Positions 52,961 through 63,564 are shown, numbered from the stretch's first letter. The stretch: 64,000 bases of DNA from an uncultured Gemmatimonadales bacterium (GCA_963809895.1 CAWELD010000003.1:960001-1024000); one strand, 5' to 3'. The notes: generated from the sequence alone by a model not told the origin. Numbers and translations: made by a program.

Positions 52961-55000
52961 ATGAAGCGCGCTGTGACACTCCTGCCGCTGGCCCTGTTCG
53001 GGCTTGCGGCCTGCAACGACTCGGGCACCAAGCCGCCGGACGTGGACCGGGTCGACGTGACTCCCGCCGAGTCGGCCCTCGGCAGCCTCGGCGCCACCGC
53101 GCAGTTCAGCGCCCAGGCCCGGGACCCCAGCGGTGCGCCGCTGAGCGGTCTGGACTACTCCTGGAGCTCCAGCGATCCCACCGTGGCCACCGTGGACGCC
53201 ACCGGTGAGGCCACCGCGGTATCGGCCGGCGAAACCAACATCGAGGCATCGACGGAAGGCGTGACCGGCTCGGCCCGTCTCGTGATCCGGGAGTGCGGCG
53301 CGCCGCTGTCGCTGGCGCCGGGCGAGTACACGGTGCTGGACATCAGCAGCCAGGACCTGTGTGGCTTCATCCTGCCGGCCGGCAACGCCGGTGACCGCTA
53401 CCGGGTCGGTGTGGTACGAACCGGGAGCGACGCCACCGCCACCGACGTTCCCACGGTGTCGGTGGAGGTCACGGGACTGGGCGTCACGGCGCAGGCACCC
53501 TACGTGGACGAGACCATCACCACGGCGCAGGCGGCCTCTGCCCTGCCCCGCATCGCCGATCCCCAGCTCGTCGCCGCGGCCCGCATGGACGAAGAAACCA
53601 GCCGTTTCCACATGCGCATGCGGGAGCAGGAGGCCCGCATGATCCAGGCCATGGGCACCAGGGGGCTCCTGCCCGACCGCCGCGCCACCGGGCCCCTGGC
53701 GTCCGCCCGGGTGGCGCCCGTCGACTCGCCGGACCGCATCATGATCGATCCGTCCACGCCGTCGTTCTGCACGCCGGCGGGCACGCCGACCCCGGCCTTC
53801 AAGATCGCCGAAAACGAGGATCTGGCCATCTACCAGGACAGTGCCCAGTCCGTGAACCTCCCGGTCACGGCCGACCAGGCTCAGCAGGTCCTGGACTTCT
53901 ACAGCACCTACGGTAAGCCCATCATCCAGGACTACTTCGAGGGCATCGGCGACATCGACGGCAACGGCAAGGTGGTGGTCATCATCCACCCCACCGTGCA
54001 GAGCGGCACCGCAGCCTTCGTGTGGAGCGGTGACTTCTTCTCCAAGGCCGACTGCCCGGCCTCCAACGAGATGGAGCTCATCTTCTTCAACGCCAGCCTC
54101 TTCCGGGGCCTGGACGACGGCAATTTCCAGGCGTTGACGACTTTGGTGCACGAGATGAAGCACGTGAGCTCCCTCTACAAGTCCATCGCCCGCAGCAACC
54201 GCCTCGGCCAGAGCTCGTATCATCCGAGCTGGATCGAGGAGGGAGCGGCGGAGATCGCCGGCAACATGGCGTCCCGGCGAGCCTGGGCGGCGGTGGGCGG
54301 CCCCGCGCCCAACGACAAGCTCGTCTCGGCCAACATCCGCAATCAGGGGGGCGCCGACGGCGGCGGCCTCAAGCCCGAGTTCTATGGCGTGGCCATCCGG
54401 ATGCTGCGCGTACAGGGCTACCTCGCGAGCCAGCCCAACGGGGTGGTGGTGGACCCGGTCGGGGCCAGCGACGATCACAGCATCTACGGGTCCGGGTGGA
54501 CCTTCCTGCGGTGGCTGGGCGACGCCTACGGGAACGGCGGCAGCGCGCCCTACGCCGACGCGCCCTTCTTCCGGGAACAGGTCGACTCGCTCAGCCCGGC
54601 TGGCGTGGCGGGATTGGAATCGCTCACCGGAAGGACGTTCGCGCAGCTCATGGAAGAGTACGCCGTGGCGGTCATGACCAACGGCACCCCGGCTCCGCAG
54701 CCGACCCGGGCCTTCAGCGAGTACGACTTCGTGTCGGCGGTGGAGACCTTCTGCTTCGCGGCGGACAACCCGCCCTGCGACGGCTCCGCCGCCGGCCCCG
54801 CAGGCACCTTCCCCTGGCCGGTGACCACGCAGTCCGACGGCATCATGTACCGCTTCTTCAACGACGCCACCTTCCAGGGCAAGATCGGCCCCACGGGGCT
54901 GCGCATCCACGAGCTCAGGAGCAACGGCACCGGTCAGGGTGCCGAGATCGTCGTCGACGGGCCGTCCGACGCCAAGGTGGTGGTGGTCAGGATCCTGTAG
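52961..55000 (+). CDS. Lipoprotein with Ig-like domain and zinc metallopeptidase (M30-like) domain
   Basis: Lipobox LAAC; WSSSDPTVATVDATG; DIDGNGK loop; LVHEMKH...WIEEGAAE. Confidence 0.8.
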   Translation: MKRAVTLLPLALFGLAACNDSGTKPPDVDRVDVTPAESALGSLGATAQFSAQARDPSGAPLSGLDYSWSSSDPTVATVDATGEATAVSAGETNIEASTEGVTGSARLVIRECGAPLSLAPGEYTVLDISSQDLCGFILPAGNAGDRYRVGVVRTGSDATATDVPTVSVEVTGLGVTAQAPYVDETITTAQAASALPRIADPQLVAAARMDEETSRFHMRMREQEARMIQAMGTRGLLPDRRATGPLASARVAPVDSPDRIMIDPSTPSFCTPAGTPTPAFKIAENEDLAIYQDSAQSVNLPVTADQAQQVLDFYSTYGKPIIQDYFEGIGDIDGNGKVVVIIHPTVQSGTAAFVWSGDFFSKADCPASNEMELIFFNASLFRGLDDGNFQALTTLVHEMKHVSSLYKSIARSNRLGQSSYHPSWIEEGAAEIAGNMASRRAWAAVGGPAPNDKLVSANIRNQGGADGGGLKPEFYGVAIRMLRVQGYLASQPNGVVVDPVGASDDHSIYGSGWTFLRWLGDAYGNGGSAPYADAPFFREQVDSLSPAGVAGLESLTGRTFAQLMEEYAVAVMTNGTPAPQPTRAFSEYDFVSAVETFCFAADNPPCDGSAAGPAGTFPWPVTTQSDGIMYRFFNDATFQGKIGPTGLRIHELRSNGTGQGAEIVVDGPSDAKVVVVRIL

Positions 55001-56000
55001 CGGGCCCGCTCCCGGCGAGCACGCGCCGTAGCACGGAGAGGTCGAGGTTCCCGCCGCTGAGCACCACCGCCAGCGGACGGGGATCCGGCCTCTCCGCACG
55101 CAGATCCCCCTGGAGCAGCGCCGCCAGCGCCACGGCGCCCCCGCCTTCGAGGAGCAGGCCACGCCGGAAGCCGGCCGCGATGGCGCTTACGATGGCGTCT
55201 TCGTCCACCAGCAGGTGGCGATCGACGTACGCACGGACCAGCGCCAGCGTCACGCGGTTGTCCAGGCCGATGCCGCCGGCCAGGGCAGTCGCCAGCGTCT
55301 CCTCTTCCGGAAGCTCGACGGGTCGCCCGGCCTGCAGGCTCTCCCACATGACGCGGGCGGCGCGAGCCGACACCGCCGTCACCGCGACGTCACGTCCCCG
55401 CTGGGCCAGCGCACGGCCCATGCCCCCGGCCAGTCCTCCTCCCGAGAGCGGGATCGCCACCTCACCCACGTCCGGCAGCGCCTCCAGGATCTCCAGGGCG
55501 ACGGTCCCCTGCCCCGCGGCGATGTGCTCATCGTCGAAGGGTGGCACGAAGGTCAGCCCGCGCTCGCGGGCGACCTCGAGGGCGTGGGCCTCGGCCTCGT
55601 CGTAGGAATCCCCCACCAGCAGCGCTTCGGCCCCGTGATGCCGGATCGCCGCGAGCTTCACGGGATCCACCCAGGAAGGCACGCACACGGTGGCGGGAAT
55701 CCCCAGGCGCTCGGCCACGAACGCCACCGCGCGTCCGTGGTTGCCGCTGGAGCAGGTGACGACGCCCCGCGCCCGCAGCTCGGGGGTGAGGGCGGACAGG
55801 TGCGCCGCCGCGCCGCGCACCTTGAATGACCCCGTCTCCTGAAGCGATTCCAGCTTCAGCCACACGGGCCGCCCCGCCAACTCGTCCAGATCGGGAGCCC
55901 GCAGGAGCGGAGACGGCCCCACCACGGTACGAACCGCGCGCAGGGCCGCCTCCAGATCCAACGACGGGGCCTCGTCGGGCCCCGCGGAACGCTCGTTCAA
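54987..56000 (-). CDS. PLP-dependent threonine/serine dehydratase (EutB/IlvA-like, no ACT domain)
   Basis: KLESLQETGSFKVRGA, SSGNHG, AGQGT, SGGGL, SGGN. Confidence 0.9.
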   Translation of the reverse strand: MNERSAGPDEAPSLDLEAALRAVRTVVGPSPLLRAPDLDELAGRPVWLKLESLQETGSFKVRGAAAHLSALTPELRARGVVTCSSGNHGRAVAFVAERLGIPATVCVPSWVDPVKLAAIRHHGAEALLVGDSYDEAEAHALEVARERGLTFVPPFDDEHIAAGQGTVALEILEALPDVGEVAIPLSGGGLAGGMGRALAQRGRDVAVTAVSARAARVMWESLQAGRPVELPEEETLATALAGGIGLDNRVTLALVRAYVDRHLLVDEDAIVSAIAAGFRRGLLLEGGGAVALAALLQGDLRAERPDPRPLAVVLSGGNLDLSVLRRVLAGSGPATGS

Positions 56001-56197
56001 TCGGCGACCACGAAGGTCACCTTGGCGTTCACCCGGTACTTGGCGATGCTCCCGTCCTTGACGATGCCCTGGAAGTCGGTGATGTAGACCGTGCGGATGT
56101 TGCGCACCGACTTGGAAGCTTCGGCGACGGCGTTCTCAGCGGCGTGCTCGATGCTCTCGCCTTCAGCCAGGACTTCGATGACTTTTGCTACGGACAT
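55997..56197 (-). CDS. Dodecin family protein
   Basis: SVAKVIEVLAE..SIEHA..A.KSVRNI..YRVNAKVTF; SD GGAGG. Confidence 0.88.
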   Translation of the reverse strand: MSVAKVIEVLAEGESIEHAAENAVAEASKSVRNIRTVYITDFQGIVKDGSIAKYRVNAKVTFVVAD

Positions 56198-56282
56198 GGT
56201 TCGTCCTCCTCTGGAGTAGCGGGCTCGTCCACGAAGGGTAACCTTGCCGCACCGCCGCTCTCAACTCGACGACCCCGCGCCC

Positions 56283-57095
56283 ATGCCCACGCTGCACCAC
56301 GACCGCATCACCGCCGACGGTGCCCACCCGGATCGCTGGATGCTCGTCCTGCACGGCATCTACGGCGCCGGTCGCAACTGGGGCTCGGTGGCCCGACGCT
56401 TCGTCGACCTCCGCCCCGGGTGGGGCGCCGTGCCTGTGGATCTCCGCCAGCACGGTCGCTCCCAGGGTTTCGAGTCGCCGCACACGCTGGCGGCCTGCGC
56501 CGACGACCTGGACGCGCTGCTGGCGGAGGAGGACCTCCCGGTGCGGGCCATCCTGGGCCACTCCTTCGGCGGCAAGGTGGCGCTGGTCTGGGCCCGCCGC
56601 ACGAGCGCCCCGCTGGAGCGCATCTGGGTCATCGACTCCACGCCCGAACGGCGGGAGCCCGAGGGCAGCGCCTGGGGCATGCTGCGCGTGCTGCGAGGCC
56701 ATCCCGGACCCTTCACCACCCGCGAAGCCGCGGTACAGGCCGTGGCCGACGAGGGCTACCCGGATGCGGTGGCGCAGTGGATGACCACCAACCTGAAGCG
56801 CGGCGTGGATGGCGCCTTCCACTGGCGCCTGGATCCCGACGACATGGAGGCGCTGCTCCGGGACTTCTTCGAGACCGATGCCTGGGACGTGCTCGAGGAT
56901 CCGCCCGAGGGGTGCGAGATCCACGTGGTGAAGGCGCGGGCGTCGGGCGTGCTGGGCCCGGAGGCCGTGGCGCGCATCGAGGCGGCCGGCCAGGCCAACG
57001 GTCAGGTCTTCCTGCACACCCTCGAGGGCGGCCACTGGCTCAACGCCGACAACCCCGAGGGGCTCCAGGCGCTGCTGCTGGAGCACATGCCCTAG
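56283..57095 (+). CDS. Alpha/beta hydrolase (YbfF-like esterase)
   Basis: LHGIYGAGRNW, DLRQHG, GHSFGG, GHWLNADNP. Confidence 0.9.
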   Translation: MPTLHHDRITADGAHPDRWMLVLHGIYGAGRNWGSVARRFVDLRPGWGAVPVDLRQHGRSQGFESPHTLAACADDLDALLAEEDLPVRAILGHSFGGKVALVWARRTSAPLERIWVIDSTPERREPEGSAWGMLRVLRGHPGPFTTREAAVQAVADEGYPDAVAQWMTTNLKRGVDGAFHWRLDPDDMEALLRDFFETDAWDVLEDPPEGCEIHVVKARASGVLGPEAVARIEAAGQANGQVFLHTLEGGHWLNADNPEGLQALLLEHMP

Positions 57096-57107
57096 CAGCC
57101 CGCCTCG

Positions 57108-58160
57108 TCAGCGGAAACGGGCCTGGATCTCCTCCAGCGCGTCGGCCCCCGGGCACAGCTCGTCGAAGGGCAGATCGAAGAGCCGCCGGTCCACCGTGTC
57201 CAGCGTCTCGTGCATCTCTTCGGAACCCGTCTCGATGAAGAGCAGCCCCGTGGGGAGCTCCCCGGCCTTCTGCCGCTCGCGCAGATAGGCGTACACCGTG
57301 TCGCGGTCGGTGGGATCGTAGTCCTCGGGCACCTTGCGGAAGCGCACCACGCTGCCGTCGTGCATGGTCACGTCGCGGGCGGCGCCGCCTTCGTACGAGG
57401 CGGTGATCTCGGTCAGCGGGGGCACGAAGTCGGCGACCACCACCGGCCGGTTCTGCTCGCGCGTGTAGCGGTAGCTCTTGGTGGAGGCCTCGTGGTCGTT
57501 GAAGGTCACGCACGGCGACACCACGTCCACCAGCGAGAAGCCCTTGTGGCGGATGGCGCTCTCCAGGATCGGCACGAGCTGATTCTTGTCGCCGGAAAAG
57601 CTCCGGGCCACGAAGGTGGCGCCCAGGCTCAGCGCCAGGAACACGGGATCGATGGGGCGCTGACGGTTGGGCTCGCCTTTCTTGGACTTGGAGCCCAGAT
57701 CGGCCGAGGCCGAGAACTGACCCTTGGTGAGTCCGTAGACCCCGTTGTTCTCGAGGACGTAGGCCATGTTCACGTTGCGGCGAATGGCGTGGGCCAACTG
57801 CCCGAGGCCGATGGAGAGCGAATCGCCGTCTCCGGAGATGCCGATGCACACCAGGTCGCAGTTGGCGGCGGCCGCTCCGGTGGCCAGCGCAGGCATGCGC
57901 CCGTGCACCCCGTTGAAGCCGTGGGCCTGACCGAGGAAATACGTGGGCGTCTTGGCCGAGCAGCCGATCCCGCTGAGCTTCGCCACCTGATGCGGCGGGA
58001 TGTCCAGGCGGAAGAACGCTTCGATGATGGCCGCGGTGACGGAATCGTGGCCGCAGCCCGCGCACAGCGTGGACATGCTGCCCTCGTAGTCCCGGCGGGT
58101 GAGGCCGGCGGCGTTCACCTTGAGGCTGGGATGCCGGACCTTCGGCTTGGGGGTGCTCAC
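57108..58160 (-). CDS. korB: 2-oxoacid:ferredoxin oxidoreductase beta subunit
   Basis: LCAGCGH, SGIGCS, HGR, GDGD..NN.VYGLTKGQ, SPCVTFN. Confidence 0.93.
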   Translation of the reverse strand: MSTPKPKVRHPSLKVNAAGLTRRDYEGSMSTLCAGCGHDSVTAAIIEAFFRLDIPPHQVAKLSGIGCSAKTPTYFLGQAHGFNGVHGRMPALATGAAAANCDLVCIGISGDGDSLSIGLGQLAHAIRRNVNMAYVLENNGVYGLTKGQFSASADLGSKSKKGEPNRQRPIDPVFLALSLGATFVARSFSGDKNQLVPILESAIRHKGFSLVDVVSPCVTFNDHEASTKSYRYTREQNRPVVVADFVPPLTEITASYEGGAARDVTMHDGSVVRFRKVPEDYDPTDRDTVYAYLRERQKAGELPTGLLFIETGSEEMHETLDTVDRRLFDLPFDELCPGADALEEIQARFR

Positions 58161-60031
58161 GAGGCCTTCTCCGTGTCCAGGGACCTGACGTCGGGCGCGG
58201 GCTGCTGCAGGTGCGGCCGGATCTCGTCCGCCGCTTCACCCCCGGCCAGGGGCAATCCCCCGTAGCGACGCACGGACACGAGACGCCCCGGGTCGGCGCC
58301 GGCCTCGTTCACCAGGAGCTGCCGGAGCTGCGCGTCGCGATTCTGCTCGATGACGAACACCCGATCGTGCTCGGCCACGAAGGCCGCCACGTCGTCACCG
58401 AAGGGGAAGCCCCGCACACGCATGTAATCCAGGGCGTGCCCCTCGGCCTCCAGTCGGGCGCGGGCCTCCAGCACCCCCGCACGGCACCCGCCGATGGTGA
58501 GCAGGGCGTCGCGGGCTCCCGCCGTGCGCAGAACCTCGGGCGCCGGCACCTTGGACGCCGCCGAGCGCACCTTGCGGTCCAGCCGGTCCACGACCTCCAT
58601 GTACGGCCCCGCGTCTTCGGTGTAGCGGGCGTGGGAGTCGTGGCCCGAGCCCCGGGTGAAGTAGGCGCCCTTCTCCGAGATCCCCGGGAGCGTCCGGTAG
58701 GGGATCTCGTCGCCGTCCACGTCCAGGTAGCGCGAGAACGAGGTCACCCGCTCCAGCGCCTCGGCGTCCAGCACCTTGCCCCGGTCCGGCTGGTAGGCGT
58801 CGTCCCAGGCCAGCGCCGGCACGACCCAGTCGTTCATGCCGATGTCCAGGTCCGAGACCACGAACACGGGGGTCTGAAAGCGCTCGGCCAGGTCGAAGGC
58901 CTGGACCGCGAACTCGAAGCACTCCCTGGGATTTCCGGGAAAGAGCGCGATGTGGCGGGTGTCGCCGTGCGACGCGTACACCACGGTCATGAGGTCGCCC
59001 TGCTGCGTGCGCGTGGGCATCCCCGTCGACGGGCCCGTGCGCTGAATGTCGAAGAAGACGCTGGGGATCTCGGTGTAGTACGCCAGCCCGATGAACTCGC
59101 CCATGAGGCTGATGCCGGGCCCGCTGGTGGCCGTGAAGGACCGGGCCCCGGCCCAGGCGGCCCCGATGACCATGCCCGCGGCGGCCAGCTCGTCTTCGGC
59201 CTGCAGGATGGCGAAGCGGTTGCGACCGGTGTCGGGATCACGGCGGCGCGCCTTGCAGAAGGCCGAAAAGGCGTCCACCAGCGAGGTCGACGGGGTGATG
59301 GGGTACCAGGCGGCAACGGTGGCGCCGGCGTAGACGCAGCCCAGCGCGGCGGCCGTGTTGCCGTCGATGAGGATGGCGTCGCCCAGCGCGTCCAGCCGCT
59401 TCAGCCGGGCGGGCAGCGGACACTCGAAGTGCTCCAGGGCGTAGTCGTAGCCCATCTGGAACGCCTCGAAGTTGGAGTCCAGGAGCGCCTTCTTGCGTCC
59501 GAACATCTCCTGGAGGAGCGTCTCCACCACCTGGACCTCGACCTCGAGCAGCGCCGCCAGCGCCCCGAGATAGCCCACGTTCTTCATGAGGATGCGCTCG
59601 CGGGAGCGTTCGAAGCGCTCCACGCACATGCGCGCCAGCGGAATCCCCAGGAAGGTGACGTCGGGGCGCCGCAGCCCCGGCTTGAGCTCCCAGGACGAGT
59701 CGTGCAGCACCCACCCTCCGTGGCGCACCTCGGCGATGTCCCGCTCGTAGGTCTGCGGGTTCATGGCCACGAACAGATCGAAGGCATCGGCCCGGCCCGT
59801 GTGCCCGGCCCCGTTGGCCCGGATCTCGTACCAGGTGGGCAGACCCTGGATGTTGGACGGGAACAGGTTCTTGCCCGACACGGGGATCCCCATGCGGAAG
59901 ATGGCCTGCAGCAGGAGGGAGTTGGCGCTGGCGGAGCCCGTCCCGTTGACGGTCGCGATCTTGAGGGCGAAGTCGTTCAGGCCGGAGCGCGGCGCAGCGC
60001 CGTTCATGGCGGCGCCCGCCCCGGCCGCCAT
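58157..60031 (-). CDS. korA: 2-oxoacid:ferredoxin oxidoreductase alpha subunit
   Basis: NGTGSASAN, YPITP, QAEDE, TSGPG, GPSTGMPT. Confidence 0.93.
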   Translation of the reverse strand: MAAGAGAAMNGAAPRSGLNDFALKIATVNGTGSASANSLLLQAIFRMGIPVSGKNLFPSNIQGLPTWYEIRANGAGHTGRADAFDLFVAMNPQTYERDIAEVRHGGWVLHDSSWELKPGLRRPDVTFLGIPLARMCVERFERSRERILMKNVGYLGALAALLEVEVQVVETLLQEMFGRKKALLDSNFEAFQMGYDYALEHFECPLPARLKRLDALGDAILIDGNTAAALGCVYAGATVAAWYPITPSTSLVDAFSAFCKARRRDPDTGRNRFAILQAEDELAAAGMVIGAAWAGARSFTATSGPGISLMGEFIGLAYYTEIPSVFFDIQRTGPSTGMPTRTQQGDLMTVVYASHGDTRHIALFPGNPRECFEFAVQAFDLAERFQTPVFVVSDLDIGMNDWVVPALAWDDAYQPDRGKVLDAEALERVTSFSRYLDVDGDEIPYRTLPGISEKGAYFTRGSGHDSHARYTEDAGPYMEVVDRLDRKVRSAASKVPAPEVLRTAGARDALLTIGGCRAGVLEARARLEAEGHALDYMRVRGFPFGDDVAAFVAEHDRVFVIEQNRDAQLRQLLVNEAGADPGRLVSVRRYGGLPLAGGEAADEIRPHLQQPAPDVRSLDTEKAS

Positions 60032-60032
60032 C

Positions 60033-61862
60033 TCAGGTTCTGGCATGTTGGGCTCGAGGGGGGTGAGTCTGCCCGGCATCCAGCCCGGCATAGGGAATCA
60101 GGAGCTCCGAGCGGCGCATGTCCCACGCGGCCGTGGGGCAGCGCTCGGCGCACAGGCCGCAGTGCACACACAGGTCCTCGTCCTTCACCATGACGCGGCC
60201 CGTCTGGCGCAGGTCTTCGGACACGAACAGCGGCTGCTGCAGGTTGTTGGCGGGCACCGTCAGGTCGCGTCGCAGGGCCGATTCCTCGGCCCGGGGCGTC
60301 ATGGTGAGGCAGCTCAGCGGACACACGTCGATGCAGGCGTCACACTCGATGCAAAGGCCTGGCGTGAAATAGGTTTGGATGTCGCAGTTCAGACAGCGCT
60401 CGACCTCCTGGAGCGTCTGCTGGATATCGAAGCCGAGCTCGGCTTCCACGTCCAGGTCCTGGAGGCGCTGCTCCAGGTCGGCCATGCGCATGTTGGCCCG
60501 CTGGGCCTCGTCGTAGGCGTTGGAGTAGGTCCACTCCTTCAGCCCCATCTTCTGGCTGACCAGATTCATGCCGTACGGCGGGCGCTCCGTGAGAGGGCGC
60601 CCCTCGCAGTGCAGATGGATGGAGATGGCCGCCTGATGGCCGTGCTCCACGGCCCAGATGATGTTCTCTGGCCCCCAGGCCGCATCGCCGCCGCAGAAGA
60701 CGTCGGGACGTGAGGTCTGGAAGGTGGTCTTGTCCACCACCGGCATGTCCCACTTGCCGAACTCGATGCCCAGATCGCGCTCGATCCAGGGAAAGGCGTT
60801 GTCCTGGCCGATGGCGAGAATCACGGCATCGCACGGGATCACGACGGTGTCGATGACCTCCTGGTGCAGGGTGCCGTCGTCGTCTTCCCACGAACGGTAG
60901 CGCTCGAACTCCATGCCCGTGAGCACGCCGTCCTCGACCACGTAGCGCGTGGGCGAGTGATCCTCGACGATCTCGATGCCCTCTCCCTCGGCGTCCTCGA
61001 GCTCCCAGGGCGAGGCCTTGAAGTAACCCCGGGGCTTGCGGGCCATGACCTTCACGTCGGTGCCGCCCAGACGCTTGGCCGTGCGGCAGCAGTCCATGGC
61101 CGTGTTGCCCACGCCGATGACCAGCACCCGGGGCTCGATGGAGTCTACGTGGCCGAAGGCCACCGATGCGAGCCAGTCGATGCCGATGTGGACTTGCTCG
61201 GTCTCCCAGCGACCCGGCAGGTCGAGCTCCTTGCCCTTGGGCGCGCCGGTGCCGATGAACACGGCGTCCCAGCCCTCGTCCAGGAGGGATCCCATGCTCT
61301 CCACCGGCGTGTTCAGGCGCAGGTCCAGGCCCATGTCCACGATGAGGCCGATCTCCTCCTCGAGGATCTTCGGCGGCAGGCGGAAGCGCGGGATGTTGCT
61401 CCACATGAGCCCACCGACGCGGTCCACCTTCTCGAAGACCGTGACCTCGTAGCCCAGCGGCAGGAGGTCGTTGGCCACGGTGAGCGAGGCGGGGCCGGCA
61501 CCGATGCACGCGATGCGGCGGCCGTTCTTTTCTTCGGGGATCGCGGGCAGGCGCGCCTTGACCTCGTCGTTGTCCCGGAGGTCGGCCGCCACCCGCTTGA
61601 GGCGACAGATCGCCACCGGCTCGTCCTCCACCCTTCCCCGCCGGCACGCCGGCTCGCAGGGCCGGTCGCACGTCCGTCCGAGGATCGCCGGAAAGACGTT
61701 GGACTCCCGGTTGAGCATGTAGGCGTCGGTGTAGCGGCCCTGGGCGATGAGGCGGATGTAGCCGGGAACGTCGGTGTGGGCGGGACACGCCCATTGGCAG
61801 TCGACGACCCGGTGGAAATACTGCGGATCGGACTGGTCCGTGGGAGGAACAGGTCCAGACAT
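60033..61862 (-). CDS. GltD/DPD-like FAD/NAD(P)H oxidoreductase with N-terminal Fe-S and C-terminal 2x[4Fe-4S] domains
   Basis: CQWACP, GRTCDRPCEPAC, GAGPAS, GVGNTAMD, RCLNC, CIECDACIDVCP, CVHCGLCAERCP. Confidence 0.92.
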   Translation of the reverse strand: MSGPVPPTDQSDPQYFHRVVDCQWACPAHTDVPGYIRLIAQGRYTDAYMLNRESNVFPAILGRTCDRPCEPACRRGRVEDEPVAICRLKRVAADLRDNDEVKARLPAIPEEKNGRRIACIGAGPASLTVANDLLPLGYEVTVFEKVDRVGGLMWSNIPRFRLPPKILEEEIGLIVDMGLDLRLNTPVESMGSLLDEGWDAVFIGTGAPKGKELDLPGRWETEQVHIGIDWLASVAFGHVDSIEPRVLVIGVGNTAMDCCRTAKRLGGTDVKVMARKPRGYFKASPWELEDAEGEGIEIVEDHSPTRYVVEDGVLTGMEFERYRSWEDDDGTLHQEVIDTVVIPCDAVILAIGQDNAFPWIERDLGIEFGKWDMPVVDKTTFQTSRPDVFCGGDAAWGPENIIWAVEHGHQAAISIHLHCEGRPLTERPPYGMNLVSQKMGLKEWTYSNAYDEAQRANMRMADLEQRLQDLDVEAELGFDIQQTLQEVERCLNCDIQTYFTPGLCIECDACIDVCPLSCLTMTPRAEESALRRDLTVPANNLQQPLFVSEDLRQTGRVMVKDEDLCVHCGLCAERCPTAAWDMRRSELLIPYAGLDAGQTHPPRAQHART

Positions 61863-61891
61863 GGGCAAGCCGGAGGAGGTGGAAGGAGGGT

Positions 61892-62104
61892 TCAGTGGGC
61901 CCGAGCGTCGAGCTCGTCCGGGGGACGGACCTGGGGATCCACCGAGAAGAGGGGACACATGTTGCCGGTGCAGCGGACGCCGTAGTCGAGGCACACGAGG
62001 GCCTCGGCGTCCTTCGGAGACGGCTTTCTACCGCGCTCGACAGGTGCCCGCAAAACCACCGGAACATTGCGGTCGCACGCGGAGCAGTAGCCCAGGCGAG
62101 CCAT
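61892..62104 (-). CDS. Small Cys-rich hypothetical protein (70 aa)
   Basis: SD GGGAGG; CSAC...CLDYGVRCTGNMCP. Confidence 0.7.
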   Translation of the reverse strand: MARLGYCSACDRNVPVVLRAPVERGRKPSPKDAEALVCLDYGVRCTGNMCPLFSVDPQVRPPDELDARAH

Positions 62105-62328
62105 GGCTACCTCCCACGAAGAGAGTTGTGGCGCCCGCTCTCGGGCGCTCTCTGGCGACTCTATATGAAGCGGGTCCAGACCCGCGTCGTTTCCGATGCT
62201 CGGAGATGACCGAATCTAGGTTGAAGGCGGCGGTGTGGGAAAGGACCCGGGGGGAGGCTTGCGCATCCGTCGCGAGTGGGCGCATGCTGCCCGACGGGTT
62301 CATTTACAGGCGTAGAAGGGAGGCCGTT

Positions 62329-63564
62329 ATGAGGGCGATGACCTCGAGGACCACGGGGATCGTAGCCGTGGTGTCGCTCGTCGCGTGCGGGGGACCCCGC
62401 ACCGGTGACGAAGCGACGGAGCAGGTGCAGACCGAGCAGCACGGAGACACCACCATCGTCCGCACCATGGCCGGAAGCCGGTGGGACGCCCCCCGGCAAC
62501 TGGTGATCGACCTCGAGATCGGGACCCTGGACGGCCCGGAGGAGACCATGTTCGGGCGCGTAGGCGCCCTGGCGGTGGATGGCTCCGGGGGCGTGTACGT
62601 CTACGACGGTCAGGCGCCGGCGATCCGCTACTTCGACGCTCAGGGCGATTTCGTGCGGCAGGTGGGCGGCGAAGGCGAGGGCCCCGGCGAGTACAAGGAC
62701 GCGGTCCTGGGGATGGCAGTCCGCAGCGACGGACGCCTGGAGATCCGGGACGCGCGCAACGGGCGGGTGACGCTCTACGACCCCGACGGCTCCTTCTCCG
62801 ACCAGTGGCTCGTGGCCAGCGGCCTCTTCACGAGCCAGGCCATGTTCGTGGACCGTCACGACCACACCTACCTCAAGATCCTGCAGGAGCAGCCCAGGCA
62901 GGGAGAAAACTGGAAGATCGGACTCCTGCACTACGACCCCGACGGCAACCTCGTGGATACGGTGCCCGACCCCTGGGTGCCGGATCCGCCTCCGGCGAAC
63001 GGAGGTTCGCTCTCTCCCTCGAAGCAGTGGACCATGGGGCCCGACGGATCCATCATCGTCGGCGTCAACTCCAGCTATTCCTTCGAGGTCCGGCAGCCCG
63101 ATGGTACGGTGCTCCGCGTGGAGCGATCGGTCCCCCTCCAGCCGGTGAGCGACGCCGAGCACGCGGCGTACGAGGAGCTGCGAGAGTACCTCATCCGGGA
63201 GCAGGGCCAGTTCATGACGACTCTGCCCGGCCCCACGGCCCACACCAAGCCCGCCTACCGGGGCCTCTTCCCCGGCGAGGACGGCACCGTGTGGGTCCGG
63301 CTCTACGGCCCCGTCCATCCCAAGCCCGACTACGTGCCTGCGGAGGAGGGCGAGAGACCCGTGTGGCCGTTCATCGAGGAGAGCCGCTTCGACGTCTTCG
63401 CCAGCGACGGCTCGTATCTGGGCGAGGTCCGCGTGCCGGCGGGTGTCAGCATCGCGGTGTTCGGTCTGGACGACCTGTGGGGCACCCGCCGGGGAGATCT
63501 CAGCGAGAGCTACGTCGTGCGCATGCACCTGGAGCCGCTGACGACAGTGGCGGACGAGGGGTAG
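62329..63564 (+). CDS. 6-bladed beta-propeller (NHL-like) lipoprotein
   Basis: Lipobox LVAC; IGTLDGPEETMFG, GGEGEGPGEY, FDVFASDGSYLGEV. Confidence 0.85.
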   Translation: MRAMTSRTTGIVAVVSLVACGGPRTGDEATEQVQTEQHGDTTIVRTMAGSRWDAPRQLVIDLEIGTLDGPEETMFGRVGALAVDGSGGVYVYDGQAPAIRYFDAQGDFVRQVGGEGEGPGEYKDAVLGMAVRSDGRLEIRDARNGRVTLYDPDGSFSDQWLVASGLFTSQAMFVDRHDHTYLKILQEQPRQGENWKIGLLHYDPDGNLVDTVPDPWVPDPPPANGGSLSPSKQWTMGPDGSIIVGVNSSYSFEVRQPDGTVLRVERSVPLQPVSDAEHAAYEELREYLIREQGQFMTTLPGPTAHTKPAYRGLFPGEDGTVWVRLYGPVHPKPDYVPAEEGERPVWPFIEESRFDVFASDGSYLGEVRVPAGVSIAVFGLDDLWGTRRGDLSESYVVRMHLEPLTTVADEG

